Notes under the pieces: generated by a model
Seen by the model: the letters and a program-made list of their open reading frames with translations, nothing else
What the model was told of the DNA's origin: nothing
The model's database searches: none
In this document: positions 16,606-26,026 of the stretch, piece by piece
Position numbering within the stretch: the first letter of the stretch is position 1
Layout: every line of letters starts with the position of its first letter
Source of the DNA: Pirellulales bacterium
GTDB taxonomy: Bacteria; Planctomycetota; Planctomycetia; Pirellulales; UBA1268
NCBI GenBank assembly: GCA_032117045.1
Contig: JAUMAF010000032.1
Location: forward strand, 1-58,797
DNA length: 58,797 nt
Direction of reading: 5' to 3'
Translations under genes and position numbers: made by a program

Positions 16606-17517
16606 TCATACCTTCTCCTTCGTGCCCCGGCCGAGCAGGCCTTCGGGGCGGAACACGAGGATCACGATCAGGATCGCGAACACGATCGCACCCGTCCACC
16701 GCTCGCCCATGTAGGCGCTCGATAAAGCCCGCACGAGGCCGATCACGAGCCCGCCGACGACGGCGCCCGGGATGCTCCCGATGCCGCCCAGCACCGCCGC
16801 CGTGAAGGCGTAGAGACCGTTCTGAAACCCCATCTGGAAGCCGATGGTGTTGATGTACAGGCCGTAGATCACGCTGGCGGCGCCCCCGAGGAATCCGCCC
16901 ACGAAAAACGTGAACGCGATCACCCGATCGACATCGATGCCGACGAGGGCTGCGGCTGTCGGATCCTGGGACACCGCCCGCATCGCTTTCCCCAGCCGTG
17001 TCGACTTGACCAGCAGCGACAGTCCGATCATCAGCGGCACCACCACCACCAGCACGAGCAGATCCTTGGCGGTGAACTGTAGCCCCTCGCCTCCGAGCAG
17101 GTTTCTGGCCGGCAGCAGCTCCGGGAAGGAGCGGTCGGCCGGCCCCAGCCAGAAGAGACCGATGTTCATGAAGATGAAGGAGACGCCGATCGCCGAGACC
17201 AGCGGCGCCAGTTTCGGGGCGTTGCGAAGCGGCCGATAGACGATGCGATCGACCGCCACGTTGAGCCCGCCGCAGAACAGTCCACAGAGGACCACGAGCA
17301 GGGCCACGCCAAACCAGGTCGCCGCGGGCTCCGCCCCGGCGAGCCCCAGGCCCGAGACCAGCGTGAGCGCGAGGCACGCCCCGAGCATGATCAGGTCGCC
17401 ATGGGCGAAGTTGATCAGCCGGATGATGCCATACACCATCGTGTAGCCGAGCGCCACGAGCGCCATGAGGGCGCCGTTGGTGATCCCGATCAGGCATTGC
17501 TGGAGAAAAAACTGCAT
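16606..17517 (-). CDS. livH: Branched-chain amino acid ABC transporter permease LivH
   Basis: MQFFLQQCLIGITNGALMALVALGYTMVYGIIRLINFAHGD is the classic LivH N-terminus. 303 aa, polytopic. Confidence 0.9.
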   Translation of the reverse strand: MQFFLQQCLIGITNGALMALVALGYTMVYGIIRLINFAHGDLIMLGACLALTLVSGLGLAGAEPAATWFGVALLVVLCGLFCGGLNVAVDRIVYRPLRNAPKLAPLVSAIGVSFIFMNIGLFWLGPADRSFPELLPARNLLGGEGLQFTAKDLLVLVVVVPLMIGLSLLVKSTRLGKAMRAVSQDPTAAALVGIDVDRVIAFTFFVGGFLGGAASVIYGLYINTIGFQMGFQNGLYAFTAAVLGGIGSIPGAVVGGLVIGLVRALSSAYMGERWTGAIVFAILIVILVFRPEGLLGRGTKEKV

Positions 17518-17535
17518 GCGAAAAAGGCCGGGGGC

Positions 17536-18792
17536 TCATGAGCCGGCGGGGGTCGCCGGGGGCTGCGCGTCGACATCCTCCTCGGCGGCGGCGTCGAGGA
17601 TTTCTTCGAACTCGAACTTTCCATCCTTGACCACGCTCACCGTGAGCGTTCGCATCGTCGTGTCGCCGTTGTCGTCGAAGCCCCACTGTCCTAGGGCGCC
17701 ATCAAAGTCGCGGATCGCCAGGGCCTTGTCGGTGATGACACGGCGATCCTTCGTGCCGGCCTCGCGAATCGCCCGCAGGGCCACGCAGGCCGCCTCGTAT
17801 CCATACACGGCATAGGCCTCCGGCAGTTCGCCGAACTTCTTGCGGTAGCGTTCCACGAACTCGCTCCCCTTCCCCGTCAACTTTTCCGGCGGCAGGCCGC
17901 CGAAGGTGACGAAGCACCGGCCCTCGAGATTGCCCGCACCAGCGGAGTCGATGAACACCTGCTCGCGACAGCCATCCGGCACCATCAAAATCGCCGCAAT
18001 GCCGGCGCTGGCCATGTCCTTGGCGAGCTGCCCGCCCTTGCTCTGCGTGGTGCCGCCGAAGTAGACGAGATCGGGGTTGGCCGCCTTGACGCTGGCCATC
18101 AGCGACTTGAACTCCTGCGCCTTGGCATCGATGGAATCGTGGCCCACCACCTCGATCCCGATCTCGCGGCACCTTTCATCGAACAGATCCGCGATGCCTT
18201 TGCCATAAACCTCGTTGTCGTCGAGGATGTAGACGCTCGTCACGCCCCGCTTCTTGGCCCAATCGGCCGAGAGCGGCCCCTGGAGGTCGTCGGCCGGCAC
18301 CACCCGCACGTAGTTGAGCCGGCCCATCGGCTGATAGACCTTCGGTTCGCCGGGAGCCCCGAGCCCTGGCTTCGTCAGACCCACGGCCGTGTTGGCCGGT
18401 GACACCATCAGCAGATCGCCGAGATTCAGAATCGGCATCGAAACCTTCGCCGCCCCGGAGTTGAAGGTGCCAATGTAGGCGACGACGTCCGGATCCTGGA
18501 GCGCCCGCCGCGCGTTGGCCGCCTCGGCCTCGCTCGTCCACTGACCGGCGGCAGCCGTCGAATCGTCGAGATCGAGGTATTCGATCCGGAAGGGCCCGAC
18601 GGTGCCTTCGGCTTCCTCGATCGCCATGCGGATACCGCGAACGATGGTGTCGGACTGCTGCTTGGCGCTGCCGGTCCGCGGCAGGCTCGACACGATCTTC
18701 ACGAGCGTCGGATCGGCCGGCCGGCATCCCGCTGCGGCAAGCAGGCAGACCGCCACCGTCCGAAAGGCCCAGTTCCAAGAGTTCATGGGCAT
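17536..18792 (-). CDS. Periplasmic Leu/Ile/Val-type substrate-binding lipoprotein of the ABC transporter
   Basis: Lipobox LLAAAGC after a signal peptide. Size and alpha/beta pattern fit a type-I periplasmic binding protein. First gene of the liv-like operon. Confidence 0.8.
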   Translation of the reverse strand: MPMNSWNWAFRTVAVCLLAAAGCRPADPTLVKIVSSLPRTGSAKQQSDTIVRGIRMAIEEAEGTVGPFRIEYLDLDDSTAAAGQWTSEAEAANARRALQDPDVVAYIGTFNSGAAKVSMPILNLGDLLMVSPANTAVGLTKPGLGAPGEPKVYQPMGRLNYVRVVPADDLQGPLSADWAKKRGVTSVYILDDNEVYGKGIADLFDERCREIGIEVVGHDSIDAKAQEFKSLMASVKAANPDLVYFGGTTQSKGGQLAKDMASAGIAAILMVPDGCREQVFIDSAGAGNLEGRCFVTFGGLPPEKLTGKGSEFVERYRKKFGELPEAYAVYGYEAACVALRAIREAGTKDRRVITDKALAIRDFDGALGQWGFDDNGDTTMRTLTVSVVKDGKFEFEEILDAAAEEDVDAQPPATPAGS

Positions 18793-18819
18793 GAATGTAG
18801 GAGTCGCGGCAAAACCGCG

Positions 18820-21261
18820 TCAAACCGGCCGCTTCGCCACCATCCGCCAGGCACGGTGGATGCGCTCGTTGCGGAAGTCCTCGGGAATCGTCCGATTGGT
18901 GATCTCGCGAACCGCGTACAGCGGTTCGAGCCGATCGGACGCCAGGTGAAAACGGCGGAAGTTGGTGGAGAAATAGACGATGCCACCAGGCGCGAGATTT
19001 CTCGCCACGAGATCCAACAGCTCGGCATGATCGTGCTCCACGTCCCACGGCGTCTCACTGCGTGCCGACCGGGAGAAGGTTGGCGGATCCACGACGACGA
19101 GATCGAAGGGCGGCTCGCCGCGGCGGGCCCGATGCTCGAGAAACGCCCGTGACTCGTCCCGCACGGTCCGATGCCGCCCCGCGTCCTTGAAGCCGTTTCT
19201 GGCGAGGTTGGTCCTGGTCCAGTCAAGATAGGTGTTGGAGAGATCGACGCTCGTCGTCTCGCTCGCGCCGCCGGCCGCCGCATACACCGAGAAGCTGCCC
19301 GTGTAGGCGAAGAGATTGAGGAACCGCTTGCCCGTGGCCTCGTCACGAACCATGCTCCGCGTCTGACGATGGTCGAGAAAGAGGCCGGTGTCGAGGTAAT
19401 CAGAGAGATTCACCTCGAACTGAAGACCACCTTCCTTGACGGTCAGCGCCGCCTTCCGGGCATCGACCTTCTCGTACTGATCGTTCCCGCGCTGCCGCTT
19501 CCGGACCTTGAGAAACGTCTGATTCGGCGGCACGCCGAGTTCGCTCGCGGCCGCCTCGATCATTCGATCGAGCCAGACGTCGTGCTCGATCTCCGTCCGC
19601 TCGTGCGGCCGGTCGTATTCCGCCGCGTGGAGCCAGCCGGCGTACCAGTCGATCACGAGGGGGATCTCGGGGATGTCGCGGTCGTAGACGCGGAAGGCCT
19701 CGATGCCCTGACGACGGGCCCACTTGGCCAGATGCTTGAATCGCTTCGCGAGCCGGCGGCGGAAGTCGCCGATCTGGTCGGCGGTCGTGCGGCCGCGGGG
19801 CCGGCCGTGACGCGGGGAGTCGAACGCGTTGTCGGCAGGAATGTCATCTTCGCCGGCGGCGGAGAGGGCATCAGCCATCTCGATACCAGTGCAGAGGGCG
19901 TCCGCGGGTGCGGCGTCAGTGGGGGAAGCGTCGGGGTGTCTGGCGTCGTCGCACCCGGGAACCGCGACGACGCTGGCCTCAGGAGGGTGGGGGGTGGCCC
20001 GCTGCCGGATCGTGACTTCGAGGAGCCGACAGGGAATCGGGCCGTTCATCAAGGGGATGCGATGCGTGGGGCGGAGGCCGAGCTGCGCGGCGGCGGGGGT
20101 GTCGGCGGCGAGAATCGCAGCCCGCCATCCGCTCCCCTGCGGAGCACCGCTCCGCGAGAACTCGGCGACGAGCCAGTCTCCCAGCCGGCGAAAGAGCGCG
20201 CCAGCGCGGGGCAGCGGCAGACGCTCGCCGTAGGGTGGATTGGTGACCACGAGGCCCGAGTCTCCGATCGGGCGGGCCTGCTCGAAATGCTTCTGCTCGA
20301 TCGTCATGAATCCAGCCACGCCGGCCGCCTCGGCGCACGCCCGCGCCGCCTCCACCGCCTTCTGATCAAGATCACTGGCGGCGAACAAGCCTGTCGGCGC
20401 ACCGACGCGGGCCTCGAGATCGGCCAGGATCTGGTCGGAAAGAGGCTTGTCGCAGTCGCGAAACCGGAGGAAGCCGTGGGCCTGTCGCCGCGCCCGCCAG
20501 AGCCCCGGCGCCATGCCGGCGGCGATCGTCGCCGCCTCGATCGCCAGGGTGCCCGAGCCGCACATCGGGTCGAGGATCGGCTCGCCCGTGGTCGCGTCAC
20601 CGGCGACTCCCGGCCGCCACCAGCCCGCAATGGCAAGGATTCCGGCGGCCAGCACCTCCGAGAGCGGCGCCTCCACTTCGCCCATCCGCCAGCCGCGCTG
20701 GTGGAGCGACCGGCCGGCAGCGTCGCGAAAGATGGTGGCCACGTCACCGACGAGATGGAGCGCCAGTCGCAGGGAAGCCCCGCGGAGCTGCACGCTCGGC
20801 CGCCGGCCACTGGGCGTGCGGAGCTGGTCCACGACGGCATCCTTGACGATCTGCGCCGCGTAGAGCGAATGCGTGAGAAACGTGTCATGGATCGCGGCAT
20901 CGACCCGCAGCGTGTCCGACACCTTCAACTGCTCGGTCCAGTCGACTTCCTGCATGGCGCGGTAGAGGCTGTCGGGCGAATCGACGCGAAATCGACCCAG
21001 CGGCTCCAACACGCGGATCGCCGTCCGGCTCTCGAGGACGGCCCGGTAGAGCGTCTCCCGTTCGACGCCCGGCGCGGCGGAAAACTCGATCGTGCGCCGG
21101 CCGATCCGCAGGTCGCGGCCGCCAATGGCCGCGAGCTCCTCCGCCAGCACCCACTCCAGTCCCTCGAGCGTCCGCGCAGTCAGGCGGGGTGGCTCATCGA
21201 CGATCGGCGCCGGGAGGGGACGAGGAACGACCGGCACGGCAGGGAAGACGGCATCACTCAT
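18820..21261 (-). CDS. rlmL: Bifunctional 23S rRNA methyltransferase RlmKL (m2G2445/m7G2069)
   Basis: N-terminal THUMP-like region. SAM motif ILDPMCGSGTLAIEAA, catalytic VTNPPYGERL, second MTase FLNLFAYTGSFSVYAA and VVDPPTFS. A long Ala/Pro/Asp-rich linker separates the halves. Confidence 0.88.
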   Translation of the reverse strand: MSDAVFPAVPVVPRPLPAPIVDEPPRLTARTLEGLEWVLAEELAAIGGRDLRIGRRTIEFSAAPGVERETLYRAVLESRTAIRVLEPLGRFRVDSPDSLYRAMQEVDWTEQLKVSDTLRVDAAIHDTFLTHSLYAAQIVKDAVVDQLRTPSGRRPSVQLRGASLRLALHLVGDVATIFRDAAGRSLHQRGWRMGEVEAPLSEVLAAGILAIAGWWRPGVAGDATTGEPILDPMCGSGTLAIEAATIAAGMAPGLWRARRQAHGFLRFRDCDKPLSDQILADLEARVGAPTGLFAASDLDQKAVEAARACAEAAGVAGFMTIEQKHFEQARPIGDSGLVVTNPPYGERLPLPRAGALFRRLGDWLVAEFSRSGAPQGSGWRAAILAADTPAAAQLGLRPTHRIPLMNGPIPCRLLEVTIRQRATPHPPEASVVAVPGCDDARHPDASPTDAAPADALCTGIEMADALSAAGEDDIPADNAFDSPRHGRPRGRTTADQIGDFRRRLAKRFKHLAKWARRQGIEAFRVYDRDIPEIPLVIDWYAGWLHAAEYDRPHERTEIEHDVWLDRMIEAAASELGVPPNQTFLKVRKRQRGNDQYEKVDARKAALTVKEGGLQFEVNLSDYLDTGLFLDHRQTRSMVRDEATGKRFLNLFAYTGSFSVYAAAGGASETTSVDLSNTYLDWTRTNLARNGFKDAGRHRTVRDESRAFLEHRARRGEPPFDLVVVDPPTFSRSARSETPWDVEHDHAELLDLVARNLAPGGIVYFSTNFRRFHLASDRLEPLYAVREITNRTIPEDFRNERIHRAWRMVAKRPV

Positions 21262-21366
21262 GTCCTGCCACCGACTCTACCCGCAAAACACCCGAGCCGC
21301 GAGAGCCGTGTCCAAAGCGATCCACATTCCCCCGATCTCGCAATCGGGGGCTTCCACGAAAACGGT

Positions 21367-21600
21367 GCGAACTCAGCGAGGGGCTGCCCGTGCCCCGGAG
21401 CCGGCGTATGCCGCCAAGCGCAGCCAGGATGGCGGAGCGCAGGCGGCATCCGAGTGAGCGAAGGACAGGATGTCCGCAGCGAACGTCCGGCGACGGGGCA
21501 TGGGCAGCCCCGAGCCGCGCGCCAGGTCAGCCCGCGGCCTCACGGCCGGTCGGCTTTCACACGGGCACGAACTCAGCGAGCTGCCTGTGCCCCGGAGCCG
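21367..21600 (+). repeat. Long structured intergenic element, full copy 1, followed by the start of a second tandem unit
   Basis: The core is bounded by the inverted repeat ggggctgcccgtgcccc (21380-21396) / ggggcatgggcagcccc (21495-21511). R1 hairpin at 21532-21560. The unit restarts at 21561 (acgggcacgaactcagcgagctgcctgtgccccggagccgg). Confidence 0.9.
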
Positions 21601-24600
21601 GATCTCTCGGTTCGGGCCGGTTCGGGAAAACGATCCTGAATCGGCTGCACGGTGAGCAGTTCCGTGCGCATGCCCTCCATCGCCCGCACGCAGGCCTCGG
21701 CCGCCGGCAGCGTCGTGATGCAGGGCACGCCGTAGAGCACGCTCGCCGCCCGAATCCTGCCCTCGTCAGTCCTGGCGCCTTTGCCACGGGGCGTGTTGAA
21801 GATCAGCTGCACGCGACCGTCGATCAGGTGATCGATCAGGTTCGGATGCCCTTCCTGCAGTTTCTTCACGACCTCGACCGGGATCCCGGCGGCCGAGAGC
21901 TCTCGCGCCGTGCCCGACGTGGCGATCAGTTCGAAGCCGAGGGCCGCGAGCCTCCGGGCCAGCACCACCATGGCCTCCTTTGCCTGGGCACTCGCGACGC
22001 TGAGAAAGATGCGGCCCTTCTCCGGCAGGAGGATGCCCGCGGCAATCTGGCTCTTGGCGAAGGCGATGCTGAAGCGGTCGCTCACGCCCATCACTTCGCC
22101 CGTGCTCCGCATCTCGGGGCCCAGGGCGATGTCGACGCCGGCGAACTTCACGAACGGAAACACACTCTCCTTCACGCTCACGTGCCCTGGCACCGGGTCG
22201 GCCAGGATGCCCTGCTCCGCGAGGCTCCGCCCCGCCATCACCTTCACCGCCACCTTGGCCACCGGCAGCCCGGTGGCCTTGGCCACGAACGGCACCGTGC
22301 GGCTGGCTCGTGGATTGACCTCGATGACATACAGCGACTGGCCGCTCGCGCCGTCGGAGCCGGCCTCCTTCTTGACAGCGAACTGCACGTTCATGAGCCC
22401 CACCACGCCCAAGCTCTTCGCGAGCCCCGTTGCCGCCGTCTTGATCTCGGCGATCATTTCGGTCGACAGGCTGTGGGGCGGGATGCAGCAGGCGGAGTCG
22501 CCGGAATGAACGCCCGCCTCCTCGATATGCTCCATCACCCCCGCCACGATCACGTCCTTGCCGTCGCAGATGCAGTCGACGTCGACCTCGATCGCATCTT
22601 CGAGGAAGCGGTCGATGAGGACCGGCTGCCCCTGGGCAACAATGAAGGCCTCGGCGACATACCGCTCGAACTGGGTCTGGTCGTAGCAGATCTCCATCGC
22701 CCGGCCACCGAGCACGAAACTTGGCCGCACCAGGCTCGGGTAGCCGATCCGGGCCACCTCACGGCGGGCCTGCTCGAGCGTCCGCGCGATCCCACTGGCG
22801 GGCTGCTTGAGGCCGAGTCGGTCCAGGAGTTCGCGAAATTGCTCGCGGTCCTCCGCCATTTCGATCGTGTCGACGCTCGTGCCGATGATCGGCAGGCCGG
22901 CGGAGAGGAGGGCGCGGGCGAGGTTGAGCGGCGTCTGCCCGCCCAACTGCACGATCACGCCGTCGGGCTCGATGCGGTCGGCGATGTTGAGCACATCTTC
23001 GCAGGTGAGCGGCTCGAAGAAGAGCATGTCGCTCGTGTCGTAGTCGGTGCTGACGGTCTCGGGATTCGAGTTGACCATCACGCTCTCGATGCCCATCTCG
23101 CGGAGGGCAAAACTGGCGTGGCAGCAGCAGTAGTCAAACTCGATGCCCTGGCCGATCCGGTTGGGACCACCGCCGAGGATCATCACCCGCTTCTTGCCGG
23201 GCTCCTTTGGCCGTGTCTCGTCTTCGTCTTCCCAGGTCGAGTAGTAGTAGGGAGTCTGGGCCTCGAACTCGGCCGCGCAGGTATCGACCGACTTGTACGT
23301 CGCGACGATGCCCCTTCGCTTCCGCTCAGCCCGCACCTCGAGTTCCGAGGATTCGAGCATCACCGCCAGTTGCCGGTCGGAGAAGCCCGCCTGCTTTGCC
23401 ATCCGAAGCAGGCCGTCGTCGACGGCCGCGATCGAGCCCACCGTGCGGAGCAGGCTTTCGATCTCGACGATCTGCTGCAGCTGATCGAGGAACCAGCGGT
23501 CGATTGCGGTGATCTCATGAATCTCTTCGACGGTGAGCCCCGCCTTGATCGCATACCGCAGATACCAGACACGGTCGGGGTCGGGGGTCGCGATCCGGGC
23601 GCGGATGTCGTCGAGCGATGGCTCGGCAGGCGTGGCCCAGAGATCCTTCGAGTCGCTCCCGAAGCCGAAACTTCCCACCTCCAGGCCACGCAGCGCCTTC
23701 TGGAAGGCCTCCTTGAAGGTCCGTCCGATCGCCATGGTCTCTCCCACGCTCTTCATCTGCGTGGTGAGCCGGTTGTCGGCCTCGGGAAACTTCTCGAACG
23801 CGAATCTCGGCACCTTGACCACGACATAGTCGATCGAGGGCTCGAAGCAGGCCTTCGTCTTCCGCGTGATGTCGTTGGGGAGTTCGTGCAGCCGCCAGCC
23901 CACCGCCAGCTTGGCGGCGATCTTGGCGATGGGAAAACCGGTGGCCTTGCTGGCGAGCGCCGATGAGCGGCTGACCCGCGGATTCATCTCGATCACGATC
24001 ATGCGGCCAGTCGCGGGCTCGACGGCAAACTGGATGTTCGATCCGCCGGTCTCGACGCCGATCGCGCGGATCACGGCAAAACTGGCGTCCCGCATCCGCT
24101 GGTATTGCTTGTCGGTGAGCGTCATCGCCGGGGCGACGGTGATCGAGTCGCCGGTATGCACGCCGCAGGGGTCGAAATTCTCGATGGAGCAGATCACGAC
24201 GGCGTTGTCGTCGACGTCGCGCATCACCTCCATCTCGTATTCCTTCCAGCCGAGGATCGATTCCTCGACCAGCACCTCGCCGACGGGGGAGAGATCGAGC
24301 CCCCGTTGCACCTTGTGGTCGAACTCCTCGCGGTTGTAGGCCACGCCCGAGCCCGAGCCGCCGAGCGTGAAGCTCGGACGGATGACCGCCGGCAGGCCAA
24401 CCTCCGTGAGCACCTCCCGGGCCTCGGCGAGGCTCCTGACGATCCGGCCGCGGCAGGTCTCGAGGCCGATCTTCTGCATCGTGGCCTTGAAGATTTCGCG
24501 GTCTTCACCGCGGCGGATCGCCTCGGCCTTCGCTCCGATCATCTCCACGCCGTGCTTCGCGAGAACGCCGTGCTTCTCCAGTTCCATCGCCAGGTTCAGG

Positions 24601-24884
24601 GCCGTCTGACCGCCGAGCGTCGGAAGCACGGCGTCGGGCTTCTCGACCTCGATGACCTTCTCGAGCGTCTGCCAGGTGAGCGGCTCGATGTACGTGCGGT
24701 CGGCCGTGCCCGGATCGGTCATGATCGTGGCCGGATTCGAGTTGACGAGCACCACGCGGTAGCCATCCTCGCGGAGGGCCTTGCAGGCCTGGGTGCCGGA
24801 ATAGTCGAACTCGCAGGCCTGCCCGATGACGATGGGGCCGGACCCGATCAGGAGAATCGTCTTGAGATCGTCTCGGCGGGGCAT
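21573..24884 (-). CDS. carB: Carbamoyl-phosphate synthase large subunit
   Basis: [28 protein letters not shown] and [24 protein letters not shown] (duplicated ATP-grasp halves) plus a C-terminal MGS-like domain. 1103 aa. No carA is adjacent. Confidence 0.97.
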   Translation of the reverse strand: MPRRDDLKTILLIGSGPIVIGQACEFDYSGTQACKALREDGYRVVLVNSNPATIMTDPGTADRTYIEPLTWQTLEKVIEVEKPDAVLPTLGGQTALNLAMELEKHGVLAKHGVEMIGAKAEAIRRGEDREIFKATMQKIGLETCRGRIVRSLAEAREVLTEVGLPAVIRPSFTLGGSGSGVAYNREEFDHKVQRGLDLSPVGEVLVEESILGWKEYEMEVMRDVDDNAVVICSIENFDPCGVHTGDSITVAPAMTLTDKQYQRMRDASFAVIRAIGVETGGSNIQFAVEPATGRMIVIEMNPRVSRSSALASKATGFPIAKIAAKLAVGWRLHELPNDITRKTKACFEPSIDYVVVKVPRFAFEKFPEADNRLTTQMKSVGETMAIGRTFKEAFQKALRGLEVGSFGFGSDSKDLWATPAEPSLDDIRARIATPDPDRVWYLRYAIKAGLTVEEIHEITAIDRWFLDQLQQIVEIESLLRTVGSIAAVDDGLLRMAKQAGFSDRQLAVMLESSELEVRAERKRRGIVATYKSVDTCAAEFEAQTPYYYSTWEDEDETRPKEPGKKRVMILGGGPNRIGQGIEFDYCCCHASFALREMGIESVMVNSNPETVSTDYDTSDMLFFEPLTCEDVLNIADRIEPDGVIVQLGGQTPLNLARALLSAGLPIIGTSVDTIEMAEDREQFRELLDRLGLKQPASGIARTLEQARREVARIGYPSLVRPSFVLGGRAMEICYDQTQFERYVAEAFIVAQGQPVLIDRFLEDAIEVDVDCICDGKDVIVAGVMEHIEEAGVHSGDSACCIPPHSLSTEMIAEIKTAATGLAKSLGVVGLMNVQFAVKKEAGSDGASGQSLYVIEVNPRASRTVPFVAKATGLPVAKVAVKVMAGRSLAEQGILADPVPGHVSVKESVFPFVKFAGVDIALGPEMRSTGEVMGVSDRFSIAFAKSQIAAGILLPEKGRIFLSVASAQAKEAMVVLARRLAALGFELIATSGTARELSAAGIPVEVVKKLQEGHPNLIDHLIDGRVQLIFNTPRGKGARTDEGRIRAASVLYGVPCITTLPAAEACVRAMEGMRTELLTVQPIQDRFPEPARTERSGSGAQAAR

Positions 24885-24906
24885 GAACGTGCTCTACGGG
24901 GCAGGC

Positions 24907-24950
24907 AAAAAAATCTCCCGAGAGTAGCATCCGTCCCGGCCATTCATCAA
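24907..24950 (-). promoter_or_regulatory. Candidate sigma70-type carB promoter with a T7 tract at the predicted start site
   Basis: Minus strand reads TTGATG (24950-24945), an 18-nt spacer, TACTCT (24926-24921), then cgggag-A-TTTTTTT-GCC (T-run 24913-24907). The carB ATG is at 24884. Confidence 0.4.
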
Positions 24951-25014
24951 TGAACGGCTACAATCCCCGGGCTTCTCCCGCCTTCACATTCACATGCTGC
25001 CGGAGTGACTGCCG

Positions 25015-25551
25015 ATGTCCATCGCCACACCCGCCCTCGACGCCTGCCGTGAGACGCTGCCCGATGAACTCAAGGACATTCGCCTCAATCTGGCCGCAGT
25101 GCTGACGGGGGAGAACCTCCAGCCGGCACAATCCCTGGGCACGGCCCTGGCTGCGGCGGCATTCGTGAAGTGTCACAGACTTGTCGATGCCCTCGAGTCA
25201 GACATCCGGGCCGGCCTCGGCGAGGCCGGCCCGGCCGTGATTTCAGACGCCGTCGCAGCCGCCGGCCTGATGGCGATGAACACCGTCTACTACCGGTTTC
25301 GGCACATGCTCGGCAAGGAGAGCTACGAGGCCCGGCCACCGCGGCTGCGGATGAGCCGCATGGCCCAGCCCGCCACGAGCAAGCTCGACTTCGAACTGAT
25401 GAGCCTCGCCTGCGGCGCGCTTGCCGGCTGCGAGCTCTGCATCAAGAACCACGAGGCGAGCCTCCTCCATCTCGGCGCGAGCGAGGATGCCTGCCACGAC
25501 GCCGTCCGCATCGCCGCCGTGATCAATGCCGCCGCCTGCGGCCTCGGCTAG
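25015..25551 (+). CDS. AhpD-like alkylhydroperoxidase (carboxymuconolactone decarboxylase family)
   Basis: 178 aa. The CMD-family CxxC motif ALAGCELCIKNHEASL is followed by AVRIAAVINA. Confidence 0.8.
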   Translation: MSIATPALDACRETLPDELKDIRLNLAAVLTGENLQPAQSLGTALAAAAFVKCHRLVDALESDIRAGLGEAGPAVISDAVAAAGLMAMNTVYYRFRHMLGKESYEARPPRLRMSRMAQPATSKLDFELMSLACGALAGCELCIKNHEASLLHLGASEDACHDAVRIAAVINAAACGLG

Positions 25552-25593
25552 AGCGCATCCCCCGTGACCCTCGGGCTCGAGTGCCCGGTGGAT

Positions 25594-25620
25594 GAAAGCC
25601 GACCGGCCGTGAGGCCGCGG
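25594..25620 (-). repeat. Short hairpin repeat R1 (stand-alone copy)
   Basis: gaaagccgaccggccgtgaggccgcgg, 43 nt downstream of the AhpD-like stop. It reads CGGCC-GUGA-GGCCG on the plus strand. Confidence 0.9.
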
Positions 25621-25657
25621 GCATACCGCAGCCGGGTTCATGCGGCACGCAACTCCA

Positions 25658-25682
25658 CCCTACGCCTCACGGCGTTGGGCTT
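25658..25682 (+). repeat. Short hairpin repeat R2 (stand-alone copy)
   Basis: ccctacgcctcacggcgttgggctt. It overlaps the last 5 codons and the stop of the minus-strand DUF971 gene. Confidence 0.9.
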
Positions 25683-26026
25683 CCTGGAGCCGTGGCGGCC
25701 AACTCGCGGAGATACTCGAGCGTATAGATGCCGCTCGAGTGGCCGTCGGAAAACTCGATCGAGTAGGCATATTGCCCCACCGGCTGCATGCCCATGATCT
25801 CGAGCGGGGCCACCTCCGCGGCCGTCAGCACCGGCAGCAGCGCCGGCTGCAGCGCCGGGGTCGCCGGGGCGGCCCGCTTCTCGCGGCAGGTCGCGCAGGG
25901 GCAGGCGTCGCGGAGCAGTCTGGCGGTGGAGACGGCCGCGAGGCCGTCGCTCCACACGATCTCGATGGCGGCTGTTGATCGTCCGTCGGCCACCCGGCGG
26001 ATTGTCGTCGGCACAGGCAGGGTCAT
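25667..26026 (-). CDS. DUF971 domain protein (gamma-butyrobetaine hydroxylase N-terminal-like, Cys-rich)
   Basis: IEIVWSDGLAAVSTARLLRDACPCATCREKR ... VGQYAYSIEFSDGHSSGIYTLEYLRELA is the typical DUF971 pattern. Its ATG overlaps the upstream stop (ATGA at 26023-26026). Confidence 0.8.
   Translation of the reverse strand: MTLPVPTTIRRVADGRSTAAIEIVWSDGLAAVSTARLLRDACPCATCREKRAAPATPALQPALLPVLTAAEVAPLEIMGMQPVGQYAYSIEFSDGHSSGIYTLEYLRELAATAPGSPTP

Noticed and set aside
21470-21655. Small ORFs repeated inside the long element (for example MSAANVRRRGMGSPEP.. at 21470 and 37053; ..MPPALRH..GHGQPLAEF.. on the opposite strand).
   Set aside because: The similarity is at the nucleotide level and open frames exist on both strands. 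The frames are not maintained in copy 3 or in the partial copies. No RBS, and the composition is non-protein-like.
21189-23966. 925-aa ORF antisense to carB. Similar long antisense or alternate-frame ORFs: 19171-21639, 48929-51859, 35110-36885, 36956-39052, 44856-46730, 52901-54514, 55363-56652, 14230-15792, 12133-13146, 31946-32860, 34031-35164, 9431-10564, 16598-17686.
   Set aside because: Each lies opposite, or out of frame with, a gene that has unmistakable conserved motifs. Their translations are Arg/Gly/Pro/Ala-rich low-complexity strings typical of stop-codon-poor shadow frames in GC-rich DNA. No motifs recognised.
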